A DNA stretch of 64,000 bases from Candidatus Latescibacterota bacterium (GCA_964291625.2 OZ220089.1:2112001-2176000), one strand, 5' to 3'; positions 10,330-20,434 are shown, counted from the stretch's first letter. A program made the numbers and translations. Notes: generated by a model not told the origin, from the sequence alone.

Positions 10330-12030
10330 TCACCCGCGCAGGCGCCGGGTCTCCTCCTCGTCCAGGGACCAGCCCTCGATGTCCAGGGCCACGCCGTACT
10401 CCCGCCGGGCCGCCTCCACCGAGACCCGGCCCTGGCGCACGTCCTCCAGGACGGCCCGCGGATCCCGCTCGAAGGGTGAGCCGTAGCCGCCGCCGCCCGG
10501 CAGCCGCAGGGTCACCTGCTGCCCGGGCTGGAGCAGGTACTTCCGCTTCGGGTGCAGGTGAGTGCCGTCGGAGAGCACCATCTGGCCCACGGCCCCGTCC
10601 CGGCCGCCGGCGAAGCCCCGGGCGGCGCACCGGGTGCGGTCGTACATCGGCGAGTGCAGGGCCGGCTCGTCGCTGTCGACGGCGAGCACCATCTCCTGCC
10701 CGAGGCCGCCGCGGAAGCGGCCGGCCCCGCCCGAGTCGGGGCGCAGGGCCCGCCTGAGCATGAGCGTCGGCGAGACCGACTCGATCGCCTCCGCCGGCAC
10801 CCCGCGGATGCCGCTCGGGAAGGCCGTGGCCGAGAGACCGTCGGAGGTCGGGCGGGCGCCCATGCCGCCGGCGGAGAAGAAGATGTAGGCGAAGAGCCGG
10901 CCGTCGGGGCCGCGGCCCTCCAGCTGCGTGTTCCACAGGCCGGCGGAGCCGTCGGCGGTGACGCGGCCGGGAACCACCTGCGACAGGGCGCCGAAGACCG
11001 CCTGGGAGAGGAAGTGGCCGATGAGGTGGCGGGCCCCGACGGCGCAGGGACGGCGGGCGTTGAGGATCGAGCCCTCGGGGGCGGTCACCGTCACCGGTCG
11101 GAAGCTGCCCTCGTTGTTGGGCACGTGAGGGCTGATGGCGCAGGCCAGGGGGTAGGTGGTGTAGGCATGGGTGTAGTTGTAGACGACGTTGATGCCGCGG
11201 TCGACCTGGGGAGAGGTGCCGGCGTAGTCGACGAGCAGCCGCCGGCCCTCCACGGTCAGGGCGATGCGGATCGCGAGGGGTTCGTCGAAGCCGTCGATCT
11301 CCACTTCGTCCTCCCAGGTGCCGTCGGCTACCGCCTCGATGGCGTCGCCCGTGGCCTGCTCCGAGCGGCCCCGGATCTGCTCCCCGAGGTCCTCCACGTC
11401 TTCGAGGCCGTACTCCTCCATCATGTCCGCCAGCTTGGCGGCGCCCACGTCGTTGCCCGCCTGCTGGGCGTAGAGGTCGCCCACCACCGCGTCCGGCTCG
11501 CGCACGTTGGCCCGCACGATGCGCACCAGGTCCTCGTTGATCCGCCCCTTGCGGAAGAGCTTCATGATCGGGATCGCCAGGCCTTCCTCGAAGACCTCGC
11601 GGGCGTCGGCGCCGAGGGTGCGGCCACCGATGTCCATGGCGTGACAGGTGTTGGCGAACCAGCCGATCCCGCGTCCGCCGTGGAAGACGGGGGTGACCAC
11701 GGTGATGTCGTGGAGGTGGCCCGAGACCATCCAGGGGTCGTTGGTCAGGAGGCTGTCCCCCGGCTCCAGGGAATCGATCGGATGGGCCCGGACGAAGTGC
11801 CGCACGCCGGTGGCCATGGTGTTGATGTGCCCCGGCGTGCCGGTCACCGCCTGGGCGAGCATGTTCCCCCCACGGTCGAAGATCCCGGCCGACAGGTCCC
11901 CGGCCTCGCGGACCACGGTGGTGAAGGAGGCGTGCATCAGCGCCGCCGCCTGCTCGTTGACGATCGAGATCAGCCGGTTCCACAGGACCTCGAGCAGCAC
12001 GGGATCCATGCCCCGCCGGGAATCGTTCAT
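10330..12030 (-). CDS. hyuB: Hydantoinase B/oxoprolinase family subunit
   Basis: 'MDPVLLEVLWNRLISI', 'TNDPW..GHLHD', 'H..DIGG', 'DSGGAGRFRGGLG' and 'PGGGGYG'. Confidence 0.92.
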   Translation of the reverse strand: MNDSRRGMDPVLLEVLWNRLISIVNEQAAALMHASFTTVVREAGDLSAGIFDRGGNMLAQAVTGTPGHINTMATGVRHFVRAHPIDSLEPGDSLLTNDPWMVSGHLHDITVVTPVFHGGRGIGWFANTCHAMDIGGRTLGADAREVFEEGLAIPIMKLFRKGRINEDLVRIVRANVREPDAVVGDLYAQQAGNDVGAAKLADMMEEYGLEDVEDLGEQIRGRSEQATGDAIEAVADGTWEDEVEIDGFDEPLAIRIALTVEGRRLLVDYAGTSPQVDRGINVVYNYTHAYTTYPLACAISPHVPNNEGSFRPVTVTAPEGSILNARRPCAVGARHLIGHFLSQAVFGALSQVVPGRVTADGSAGLWNTQLEGRGPDGRLFAYIFFSAGGMGARPTSDGLSATAFPSGIRGVPAEAIESVSPTLMLRRALRPDSGGAGRFRGGLGQEMVLAVDSDEPALHSPMYDRTRCAARGFAGGRDGAVGQMVLSDGTHLHPKRKYLLQPGQQVTLRLPGGGGYGSPFERDPRAVLEDVRQGRVSVEAARREYGVALDIEGWSLDEEETRRLRG

Positions 12031-14132
12031 CCCGCCTCTCTCCTGACGATGAGGTTGCCGGCGTCATCGACCTCCAGCCCCCAGCCGGGAGGGACCACCG
12101 TGGTCGACTCGGCCTCCTCCACGATCGCCGGACCGGAGGCGCGGAAACCGGCGCCAAGGGCGTAGCGGTCGAGGACGGGTGTCTCCCCCTCCTTTCCCGG
12201 CCTCTCGAACCGCACCGGCCGCGAGGGCTTCTGCGCCGACCGGGTGCCGCCGGGCCGGTCCTGGTGCAGCCGGCCAAGGGACGGGCGGGGTCCCGAGACC
12301 GTGGTGCGCCAGTGCATGCACTGCACGTCCACCCCCTCGCAGGTGCGCCCGTAGAGCCGGGTGTACTCGCGGTCGAAGTCGGCCTGCAGCCGCTCCAGGG
12401 CGGGCCCGTCGAGCTGGCCGCCGGAGACGGGCACGCGGATCTCGTGACCCTGGCCCACGTAGCGCAGGTCCGCCGTCCGTTCCACCCGCACCTGCGCCGG
12501 GGCGACCCCGGCCTCGCCCACGATCCGGCGGCCTTCGCCTTCCATCTCCTCGAAGAGCCCGCGCAGCCGGGCGAGATCGACCTCTCCGAGGCGGGTCACG
12601 TAGCTGCGCGCGAAGTCGAAGCTGATGGGGGCCAGCAGCAGGCCCACGGCGGACCCGACCCCGGCGGCGCCGGGCACGATCACGGTGCCGATGCCGAGGC
12701 GTTCCGCCACCCCGCAGGCGTGCACCGGGCCGGCGCCGCCCGTGGCCACCATGGCGAATCCGCGCAGGTCGATGCCGCGCTCGGCGGCGTGGACGCGCGC
12801 GGCGTTGGCCATGTTCTCGTTGACCAGCTGATGGATGCCCCGTGCCGCGGCCACGAGCTCCTGGTCCAGGCGCCGCGCCAGCGACTGCACCGCGGCCTCG
12901 GCGGCGGAAGGGTCCAGCTCCATCTGCCCTCCCAGGAAGAACGCCGGGTTCAGCAGACCGAGGACGAGGTCGGCGTCGGTCACCGTCGGCTCGCGGCCCC
13001 CCCGGCCGTAGCAGGCCGGACCGGGCTCGGAGCCGGCGCTCTCGGGCCCCACCTGGGGCAGGCCCAGCTCGTTGATGCGCGCCAGGCTGCCGCCGCCGGC
13101 GCCGATCTCGATCATGTCGAGGACGGGCACCAGCAGCGGCAGGCCGCTGCCCTTCTTGAAGCGGTAGACGCGGGCCACCTCCGACTCGGTGGTCACCGGC
13201 AGCTCGCCGTCCTGGCTCAGGCAGGCCTTGGCCGTGGTGCCGCCCATGTCGAAGGCCAGCACCCGCTCGAAGCCCGACCGGCGGCCGGCGTCGATCGCCG
13301 CCAGCACGCCGCCGCTGGGGCCCGACTCCACGAGGCGCACGGGGAACCTCGCCGCCGTCTCGGCGGCGCAGGTGCCGCCGTTGGAGAGCATGATGTGCAG
13401 CGGCGCCTCGATCCCGCAGTCGGCCCGGAAGCCCTGCTCCAGGTTGGCCAGATAGCCCGAGGCCATGGGCTGCACGTAGGCGTTGGCCACTGCCGTCGAG
13501 GTGCGCTCGTACTCCCGGACCTCCGGCGCCACTTCGTGGGACAGGGAGAGGGCGGCCCCGGGCAGCTCTTCGCGCACGATCGCCGCGGCCCGGCGCTCGT
13601 GCGCCGAGTTGGCGTAGCAGTGCAGGAAGGCCACCGCCACCGCCTCGACGCCGGCTTCCCGGAGGACCGAGCAGGCGCGCCGCAGACCCTCCTCGTCGAG
13701 GGGCGCCATCACCTCGCCGCTGGACTTCAGGCGCCCGGCCACCTCCAGCCGAAGGCGGCGCTCCGCGAGGGGCTCGGGCAGCTCCAGGAAGAGGTCGTAG
13801 ATGTCATAGCGGCCCTCGCGGCCGATCTCGAGAACGTCCCGGAACCCCTCGGTGGTGATCAGCCCGGTGAGCGCCCCCTTGCGCTCGATGAGGGCGTTGG
13901 TGATCAGCGTCGTGCCGTGGATCAGCCGGCCGACCCCTGCCGGCTCCCCGCCGGAGGCCAGCAGCTGGCGGACCCCGTCCAGCACGCCCTCGGACGGGTC
14001 CGGGTCGGTGGTCAACACCTTGGCTATCTCCATGCGGCCCGTGGGGCCGTGGCAGATCACGAGGTCGGTGAAGGTCCCGCCGATGTCGACGGAGAGGATG
14101 GTCCCGCCCGCCGTCTCAGGCGCGCTGTTCAA
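12027..14132 (-). CDS. hyuA: Hydantoinase A/oxoprolinase family subunit
   Basis: 'DIGGTFTD', 'HGTTLITNA', 'EYERTST', 'DMGGTT' and 'GPESAGSEPGPACY'. Probable TTG start at 14132 with a GGGAGA RBS. Confidence 0.92.
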   Translation of the reverse strand: MNSAPETAGGTILSVDIGGTFTDLVICHGPTGRMEIAKVLTTDPDPSEGVLDGVRQLLASGGEPAGVGRLIHGTTLITNALIERKGALTGLITTEGFRDVLEIGREGRYDIYDLFLELPEPLAERRLRLEVAGRLKSSGEVMAPLDEEGLRRACSVLREAGVEAVAVAFLHCYANSAHERRAAAIVREELPGAALSLSHEVAPEVREYERTSTAVANAYVQPMASGYLANLEQGFRADCGIEAPLHIMLSNGGTCAAETAARFPVRLVESGPSGGVLAAIDAGRRSGFERVLAFDMGGTTAKACLSQDGELPVTTESEVARVYRFKKGSGLPLLVPVLDMIEIGAGGGSLARINELGLPQVGPESAGSEPGPACYGRGGREPTVTDADLVLGLLNPAFFLGGQMELDPSAAEAAVQSLARRLDQELVAAARGIHQLVNENMANAARVHAAERGIDLRGFAMVATGGAGPVHACGVAERLGIGTVIVPGAAGVGSAVGLLLAPISFDFARSYVTRLGEVDLARLRGLFEEMEGEGRRIVGEAGVAPAQVRVERTADLRYVGQGHEIRVPVSGGQLDGPALERLQADFDREYTRLYGRTCEGVDVQCMHWRTTVSGPRPSLGRLHQDRPGGTRSAQKPSRPVRFERPGKEGETPVLDRYALGAGFRASGPAIVEEAESTTVVPPGWGLEVDDAGNLIVRREAG

Positions 14133-14271
14133 GTCGTTCTCCCATTGAGTCGGTCCGCCGGGGAAAATAGGGGCAGGCTGCCGTCCGCACCGCCCCGCCC
14201 CGGGTCGACCGGGTTCGGGCCCCCCCCTACAATAGGGGCCGCGCTTCGCGCCCCCCTGCAGATCTGGATCG

Positions 14272-15690
14272 ATGGACTTCGAGAAGCTCAGCATCCTCAT
14301 CCCCGCGTACAACGAGCGCTTCACGATCCGCGAGATCGTCTCGCTCGTGTTGGCCCAGGAGCTTCCGGGCGGCCTGGAGAGGGAGCTCGTCATCGTCGAC
14401 GACGGCTCCACCGACGGCACGCGGGACATCCTTCGGGAGCTCGGCCGGGCCCATCCGGAACGCCTCCGCATTCACTTCCACGAGACCAACCAGGGCAAGG
14501 GGGCGGCGATCCGCACCGCCATCGAGCTGGCCACGGGAGACGTGTGCATCATTCAGGATGCCGACCTGGAGTACGACCCCGCCGACTACCCCAGGCTCCT
14601 GCGGCCGCTCCTTGCCGGCGACGCCGACGTCGTCTATGGCTCGCGGTTCGCCGGCAGCGAGTATCGCAGGGTCCTGCTCTTCTGGCACTCCGTGGGAAAC
14701 CAGTTCCTGACCCTCGTGTCGAATGCCTTCACGAACCTCAATCTGACGGACATGGAGACGTGCTACAAGGTCGTCAAGACCAGCCTCCTCAAGTCCCTCC
14801 CCATCCGCAGCAACCGGTTCGGCATCGAGCCCGAGCTCACGGCCAAGCTCGCCAAGCGGGGCTGTCGGATCTACGAGGTCCCCATCTCCTACCGGGGCCG
14901 GAGCTACCAGGAAGGCAAGAAGATCACCTGGTGGGACGGCGTGAAGGCCTTCGCCACCATGGTCTACTACCGCATCGTCGACGACCTCTACGAGGAGCGC
15001 TACGGCCACACCCTTCTCCATTCGCTCTCCCGGACGCACCGGTTCAACCGCTGGATCGCCGACGCCATCCGCACCCACGTGGGTGACCGCGTCCTCGAGA
15101 TCGGGGGAGGGCTGGGCACCATCACGCTCCAGCTCATCCCCACGGACCGCTACGCCGTGACCGACTCGGACGAGCTGCACCTGGAGTACCTGGAAAACCG
15201 GTTCCGGGGCTATCCCAATGTCGAGGTGCGGCGTGTGGACGCGCAGGAGGAAGGGGATTTCGACCCGCTGCAGGAGAGCTTCGACACCGTGGTCTGCCTG
15301 AATGTCCTCGAGCACCTGGCCGAGCCGCAACGGGGTCTGGCCAACATCCACCGCGCCCTCGAGCCGGGAGGGACCGCCATCGTGCTGGTACCCCAGGGCC
15401 GGTTGCTCCTGGGGGCCCTCGACCGGGCCCTGGGTCACCGGCGGCGCTACTCGAAGAGGCTGCTGCGCGAGAGCTGTGAAGCGGCGGGACTCGAGGTGGA
15501 GAAGCTCTTCGACTTCAACCGGATCAGCTGCCTGCCGTGGCTCGTGAGCGGCAGGCTCCTGAGGAGGAGGAGACTCGGGCTGATTCAGCTCAAGATCTTC
15601 GACTCCCTGGTGTGGCTCTGGCGGATCCTCGACCGCGTCGTGCCGCTCCCGGGGCTCGCCCTCGTCGCCGTGGCCCGGAAGCCGAAGTGA
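14272..15690 (+). CDS. GT2 glycosyltransferase (DPM-synthase-like) fused to a class I SAM-methyltransferase domain
   Basis: 'PAYNE', 'VDDGSTDG', 'QDADLEY' and 'DMETCYK', then 'VLEIGGG' and 'DTVVCLNVLEH'. Confidence 0.9.
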   Translation: MDFEKLSILIPAYNERFTIREIVSLVLAQELPGGLERELVIVDDGSTDGTRDILRELGRAHPERLRIHFHETNQGKGAAIRTAIELATGDVCIIQDADLEYDPADYPRLLRPLLAGDADVVYGSRFAGSEYRRVLLFWHSVGNQFLTLVSNAFTNLNLTDMETCYKVVKTSLLKSLPIRSNRFGIEPELTAKLAKRGCRIYEVPISYRGRSYQEGKKITWWDGVKAFATMVYYRIVDDLYEERYGHTLLHSLSRTHRFNRWIADAIRTHVGDRVLEIGGGLGTITLQLIPTDRYAVTDSDELHLEYLENRFRGYPNVEVRRVDAQEEGDFDPLQESFDTVVCLNVLEHLAEPQRGLANIHRALEPGGTAIVLVPQGRLLLGALDRALGHRRRYSKRLLRESCEAAGLEVEKLFDFNRISCLPWLVSGRLLRRRRLGLIQLKIFDSLVWLWRILDRVVPLPGLALVAVARKPK

Positions 15691-15706
15691 GGGCGGTCCC
15701 TCCGAC

Positions 15707-16663
15707 CTAGAGGTGGATGTCCAGCACGCCCATGTCCATGATCGTCTTCAAGGTGATGGCAAGACCCACGAAGATGATGAACACCGAGCTCGCCATGGGA
15801 AGACGCTGGATCCATCGGCCGTCGCCGGAGAAGCGTTCCACCAGCGGCCGCGCCTTGACGAAGGCCACCCCCACGGCGATGAGCACCGCCGCCAGGCCGA
15901 AGCTGAAGACCACCAGGAGCACCAGGCCGAAGGCGATCCGGTCCAGGCCCACGGCCAGCAGCAGGATCACCAGGGCCCCCGGACAGGGCACGATGCCTCC
16001 GGAGATACCCAGGGTCAGCAGGCTGCCGAGGGTCACTTTGGCGGGGATCTCGTGGCTGTGGCCACGGCCGTGGTGATGATCCTCCCCGTGGCCGTGCTCG
16101 TGATCGCCGTGGTCGTGGTCCCCGTGGTCGTGGTCTCCGTGGTCGTCGTCTCCGTGGTGGTGATGGTGATGGTGATGGCCGTGGCCGGGGCCGGAGCCTC
16201 TGAGCTGGTTGGCCAGCAGCCACCCGCCCAGGGCCACGATCAGGAGCCCGGAGGCCGTGCCCATCCACGGCATGATCTCCCTGTAGTCGATGTACTGGGT
16301 GGCGAAGAGGGCGGCCAGGCCCAGGAGAAGGATGCTGAAGGTGTGGGTGAAGGTGACCACGCCCCCGAGGAACATGGCATGGCCCACGGTGCCGCGGCTG
16401 CCCACGAGGTAGGCGGCGACGATCGTCTTGCCGTGTCCCGGCTCCAGGCCGTGGGCGGCGCCGGCCAGGAGGGCCAGCGCCAGGGCTCCGAGGATGATAC
16501 CGGCGCTCAGCTCTTCGGAGCCCACCATCTCCTTGAGGGTGTTCTCCAGGCCCGACGTCCCCTCATCGCCGTGGTCCCCCGGGGTGCCGGCCTCCACCGC
16601 GGCGGGAACCGCGGCCAGCACGGCCGTGAGGACGATCCGTCGCATCCCTTGCGTCAGGGTCAT
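15707..16663 (-). CDS. rcnA: RcnA/NiCoT-type nickel/cobalt transporter with His-rich loop
   Basis: 'HGLEPGHGKT', 'THT', a His/Asp-rich loop and 'GIVPCPGA'. Confidence 0.85.
   Translation of the reverse strand: MTLTQGMRRIVLTAVLAAVPAAVEAGTPGDHGDEGTSGLENTLKEMVGSEELSAGIILGALALALLAGAAHGLEPGHGKTIVAAYLVGSRGTVGHAMFLGGVVTFTHTFSILLLGLAALFATQYIDYREIMPWMGTASGLLIVALGGWLLANQLRGSGPGHGHHHHHHHHGDDDHGDHDHGDHDHGDHEHGHGEDHHHGRGHSHEIPAKVTLGSLLTLGISGGIVPCPGALVILLLAVGLDRIAFGLVLLVVFSFGLAAVLIAVGVAFVKARPLVERFSGDGRWIQRLPMASSVFIIFVGLAITLKTIMDMGVLDIHL
16092..16178 (-). repeat. 15-bp tandem repeats (GDHDH-type units) and a poly-His tract inside rcnA
   Basis: The + strand shows about four CCGTGGTCGTGGTCY-like units next to TGG/TGA triplet runs. 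Confidence 0.8.
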
Positions 16664-16710
16664 GCTCTTCTCCAAAGGTGACGTCAACCGCTGAAAGGTC
16701 GTCAACGGAA

Positions 16711-17484
16711 ATGCAAACGAAGCCGGACTGCCAGCCCCCGACCACTGCCGCCGCCCTCGATCTCGACGCGGTGATCGCCGAGATCGACGACCGGGGCTAC
16801 AGCGCCATCCCGAGTGTGATCTCTCCCCAACGGGCCGACCGGGTGCGCACCGTTCTCGAGGGACTCCTGGCGGCCGAGATCGACGACGGCGTCCGGGAGC
16901 GGAAGCACCAGCGCGTCGGCGGTATCGCCCACAAGCACCCCGTCTTCCTCGAGTTGATGTGCCATCCGCTGATCGTGTCGCTCTGGAAGCGCTACCTCGG
17001 CGACGACATCATCTGCTCCTCGTGGACGGCCAACACCCTCTACCCGGGCCACGACGCCATCGGCTGGCACGCCGACTATCCCTTCTGGTCCCTGAAACCC
17101 CCCTGGCCGACGGGCCGCTTCGCGGGTCAGACCATGTGGCTTCTCGACGACTTCACCGAGGAGAACGGGGCCACCGGGATCGTCCCCTTCTCGCATCGGA
17201 AGGGACATCCGCCCGACGCCCCCACCGACCGCTGGCGTCCCGAGGGCCAGATCCTCACCGGCCGGCGCGGCTCGGTGGTGGTGGCCCACGGCGCCTGGTG
17301 GCACACGTCGCGGCCGAACCGCAGCGGCCGGCCGCGGTCCTGCCTGCTCGGCATGTACCTGATGCCGTGGTTCATCCCCCAGGAGGACATGCGCAGCCAG
17401 CTCGCCAGGATCGACGACCCTGCCGATCTGGTGACCCAGCTGCTGTGCGGCAACCAGCACAGGCCCAGTGTCATCGGCGAATGA
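16711..17484 (+). CDS. Phytanoyl-CoA dioxygenase (PhyH) family Fe(II)/2-OG dioxygenase
   Basis: 'WHAD' (HxD), 'LDDFTEENGAT...PFSH' and 'WH...N.S...R'. Confidence 0.88.
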   Translation: MQTKPDCQPPTTAAALDLDAVIAEIDDRGYSAIPSVISPQRADRVRTVLEGLLAAEIDDGVRERKHQRVGGIAHKHPVFLELMCHPLIVSLWKRYLGDDIICSSWTANTLYPGHDAIGWHADYPFWSLKPPWPTGRFAGQTMWLLDDFTEENGATGIVPFSHRKGHPPDAPTDRWRPEGQILTGRRGSVVVAHGAWWHTSRPNRSGRPRSCLLGMYLMPWFIPQEDMRSQLARIDDPADLVTQLLCGNQHRPSVIGE

Positions 17485-17489
17485 TCCGA

Positions 17490-17519
17490 TTGACGAAATC
17501 GGCGAGTTGCGGTTATCCT
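17490..17519 (+). promoter_or_regulatory. Putative sigma70-type promoter for the YtxH gene
   Basis: TTGACG-N18-TATCCT upstream of the GGAGG RBS. Confidence 0.45.
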
Positions 17520-17580
17520 AGCCAAAGTGGGTATGCGGATCTCCCGAAACCCGGCTCTTCCCATTTCACAGGAGGATCGC

Positions 17581-17808
17581 GTGAATCGTCATGCGAAGAC
17601 CATAGGGCTTTCCATGGGACTCTTCGGCGCCGGATTGTTGGGCGGCCTGGCCCTCGGACTGGGCGCCGGCATCCTGCTCGCTCCCCGCAGCGGCCGCGAG
17701 TCCCGCGACTCGGTGCGCCGCGGAGTCTCCGAAGCGTATGACAAGGGACAGTCCTACGTGGACCGGTTCCGCAACCGCGACGGCGAGAAGGAGACCGTCG
17801 AGTTGTAG
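17581..17808 (+). CDS. YtxH-domain small protein
   Basis: 'GLGAGILLAPRSGRESR' signature. GTG start after AGGAGG. Confidence 0.8.
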   Translation: MNRHAKTIGLSMGLFGAGLLGGLALGLGAGILLAPRSGRESRDSVRRGVSEAYDKGQSYVDRFRNRDGEKETVEL

Positions 17809-17996
17809 GCTCTTGCGGAGGTCCCCCCCCCCCCCCCCGGGCGCATCCACCCCTTCTCCCCCCGCCTCTCACCGTCCCGCCCGCGCCCTCTTTCCGAATC
17901 CGCAGCAGCGGCTCCGGTCCGCTCGACAGCCCGGCGTGGCCTGCCTAGAGTTACCGGCCGCCCGACGACAGGACCCTATACCAAAAGGAGCGATTC

Positions 17997-19112
17997 GTGA
18001 AGAAGGTCATTGCAGTTGCCGTGCTCTGCTGTCTCCCAGGCTGGATCGGCCACGCCGGAGGCGGCGAACTCACTCCCTACGGGTTCGTCCGCTTCGACGC
18101 CGTCCTCGACGACTCGAAGCTGAACCACCATCAGTATCCCAACTGGGTGCTGCCGGAGCCGCCGGGCGCGGAAGGCAACGGCAACCTGACCATCCACCCC
18201 CGGCTGACGCGGCTCGGGGCCAAGCTGGCCCCGGTCGACCTGGGGGAGGACAGCGAGATCAGCGGCGTCATCGAGACGGACTTCCAGAACGGCGGCAGCG
18301 AGTCGCGGCAGATCCTGCGCCTGCGCAAGGCGTACTTCAACCTCAGGAAAGGGGACTGGCACTTCCTGGCCGGTCAGACCTGGGACCTCATCTCTCCCCT
18401 CTTTCCCGCGGCCAACAACGACGGCATGATGTGGAACACCGGGAACCTCGGAGACCGGCATCCCCAGGCGCGGCTCACCTGGAAGCCGGAGACCGGCGTC
18501 TCCGCCGCGGTCGCCCTCGGCCAGACGGGGGCGGTGGACAAGAAGGACCTCGACAAGAACGGGATCCTCGACGGCTCGGAGGCGATGGCGCCCTTCCTGC
18601 AGGCGCGGATCGGGATCGAGCAGGCGAAGTTCAAGGCCGGAGCCTGGGCCCATAGGGGGTCGGAGGAGACCGGCACTCCCGTGGGTGGCAGTACCAGCTT
18701 CACCTCGGCCGTGGTGGGCCTCGACTTCTCGGTATCTCCCACGGACAGGCTGGCCGTCGAGGGAGAAGGTTGGACGGGCAGCAACCTTTCCGACATCCGG
18801 GGCGGCATCGGCCAGGGAGTCAACACGGCGACGGGCGAGGAGATCGCCGCTTCCGGAGGCTGGGTCCATCTCCTGATCAAGCCGGCCGAGGGCTGGAAGC
18901 TCTACGCCGGAGCGATGATGGACACCCCCGACGAGGAGGCGGTGCCCGAAGGGGGGCGCACCGGCAATCAGGCGTTCTACCTGGTGAACCGCTACCGGCC
19001 CTGGAAGAGCTTCCAGGCCGCCGTCGAGTATGTGAACTGGACAACCGAGTACAAGGGACCCGCAGACGGGACGGCCAACCGGGTGAATCTCCATTTCACC
19101 CACAACTTCTGA
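17997..19112 (+). CDS. Outer-membrane porin, DcaP-like
   Basis: Signal peptide, 'YGFVRFD', 'TRLG', 'IETDF', 'LRLRKAY...LAGQTW' and C-terminal Phe. Confidence 0.75.
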   Translation: MKKVIAVAVLCCLPGWIGHAGGGELTPYGFVRFDAVLDDSKLNHHQYPNWVLPEPPGAEGNGNLTIHPRLTRLGAKLAPVDLGEDSEISGVIETDFQNGGSESRQILRLRKAYFNLRKGDWHFLAGQTWDLISPLFPAANNDGMMWNTGNLGDRHPQARLTWKPETGVSAAVALGQTGAVDKKDLDKNGILDGSEAMAPFLQARIGIEQAKFKAGAWAHRGSEETGTPVGGSTSFTSAVVGLDFSVSPTDRLAVEGEGWTGSNLSDIRGGIGQGVNTATGEEIAASGGWVHLLIKPAEGWKLYAGAMMDTPDEEAVPEGGRTGNQAFYLVNRYRPWKSFQAAVEYVNWTTEYKGPADGTANRVNLHFTHNF

Positions 19113-20434
19113 TGAACCTCGACGACAGGGTCCTGACGCGGAGGTCGCTGCTCCGCCGCGGCCTGGCGGGCCTGCTGGCGGCGCCCTGGATGGGGTGGGG
19201 CGCCGGCTCCGGGGGCGCCGGCGTCCTCCTGTCGGCGGCCAGGGCCGGAGGCGTCGAGCCCTACCAGGCCTCCGAGGACGAGATCGTCCTCGGCATGTCC
19301 GCCGCCTTCTCCGGTCCCTCCCGGGGCCTGGGCAGCGAGCTCTACCGCGGCGCCAAGGCCTGCTTCAACCACGTCAACGAGAACGGGGGGATCGGCGGCC
19401 GCAGGATCTCCCTCAAGCTCTACGACGACGGCTACCAGCCGGATCCCTGCGTTCGCAACACCATGAAGCTCATGCTGGAGGACCGTGTCTTCCTGCTCTT
19501 CGGCTACGTGGGGACGCCTACCGTCACGCGCGTCCTGCCGCTGCTCAAGAAGTTCCAGGACGAGCGGGTCTACCTGTTCTTCCCCTTCACCGGAGCCCAG
19601 CCCCAGAGGGAGCCGCCCTACGGCGACTTCGCCTTCAACCTCCGCGCTTCCTACCGCCAGGAGACCGCCGGCCTCGTGGACAACTTCGTCCGGGCGGGAC
19701 GGAAGCGCATCGCCGTCTTCTACCAGGCCGACGCCTATGGCCGCAGCGGCTGGGCCGGCGTACGGGCGGCCCTCAAGAGGCATGGCGGCGAGATCGTCGG
19801 CGAAGCGACCTACCGCCGGGGTCAGAGATTCACCGGCAGCATGAGGCGCCAGGTCGAGATCCTGACGGCGGCCTCCCCCGACGCCGTCATCTGCATCGGG
19901 TCGTACGCGGCCTGCGCCGGCTTCGCCCGCGACGCCGTCGACCTGGGCCTTCGGGTGCCGATCGCCAATCTCTCCTTCGTGGGCAGCGAGAACCTCCTCG
20001 AGCTGCTCACCGAGAGCCGGGACGACGCCGAGCCCTACACGCGGCTCCTCGTCAACTCCCAGGTCGTTCCCAGCTACGAGGACACCTCCATTCCCGCGGT
20101 CCGGGAGTACCGCGAGCTGATGGCCCACTACGATCCCCAGATCCCCGAGGAGCTCGTCGAGGAACCCTACACCCCGTTCCCCCAGAGCTTCGTCAGCCTC
20201 GAGGGCTTCCTCGACGCCAAGCTGATGGCCGAGATCCTGCGGCGCCTGGAGGGCGTCCCCGACAGGGCGGGGCTGGAAGAGGCGGTGTTCTCGGTGCGGG
20301 ACTTCGATCTCGGCATCGGTGAGCAGGTCTCCTTCGGACCCACTCGCCGCCAGGGCCTGCAGCGGGTCTACTACACCGTCGTCCGGAACGGCCGCTTCGT
20401 GACCCTCGACGACTGGCAGGGGTGGCTCTCCTGA
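19112..20434 (+). CDS. Periplasmic binding protein (LivJ/Peripla_BP_6 type) with Tat signal
   Basis: 'TRRSLL' twin-arginine motif, 'GMSAAFSGP', 'DDGYQP', 'VGTPT' and 'RASY..E'. Confidence 0.88.
   Translation: MNLDDRVLTRRSLLRRGLAGLLAAPWMGWGAGSGGAGVLLSAARAGGVEPYQASEDEIVLGMSAAFSGPSRGLGSELYRGAKACFNHVNENGGIGGRRISLKLYDDGYQPDPCVRNTMKLMLEDRVFLLFGYVGTPTVTRVLPLLKKFQDERVYLFFPFTGAQPQREPPYGDFAFNLRASYRQETAGLVDNFVRAGRKRIAVFYQADAYGRSGWAGVRAALKRHGGEIVGEATYRRGQRFTGSMRRQVEILTAASPDAVICIGSYAACAGFARDAVDLGLRVPIANLSFVGSENLLELLTESRDDAEPYTRLLVNSQVVPSYEDTSIPAVREYRELMAHYDPQIPEELVEEPYTPFPQSFVSLEGFLDAKLMAEILRRLEGVPDRAGLEEAVFSVRDFDLGIGEQVSFGPTRRQGLQRVYYTVVRNGRFVTLDDWQGWLS

Noticed and set aside
16092-16178. Short tandem repeats as a CRISPR array
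   Set aside because: They have no spacers and encode the His/Asp-rich loop of the metal transporter. No cas genes are present.
17823-17838. Long poly-C tract (another at about 63983-63997) as a contingency locus
   Set aside because: Both are intergenic and downstream of genes, homopolymer length is unreliable, and no linked phase-variable ORF is evident.
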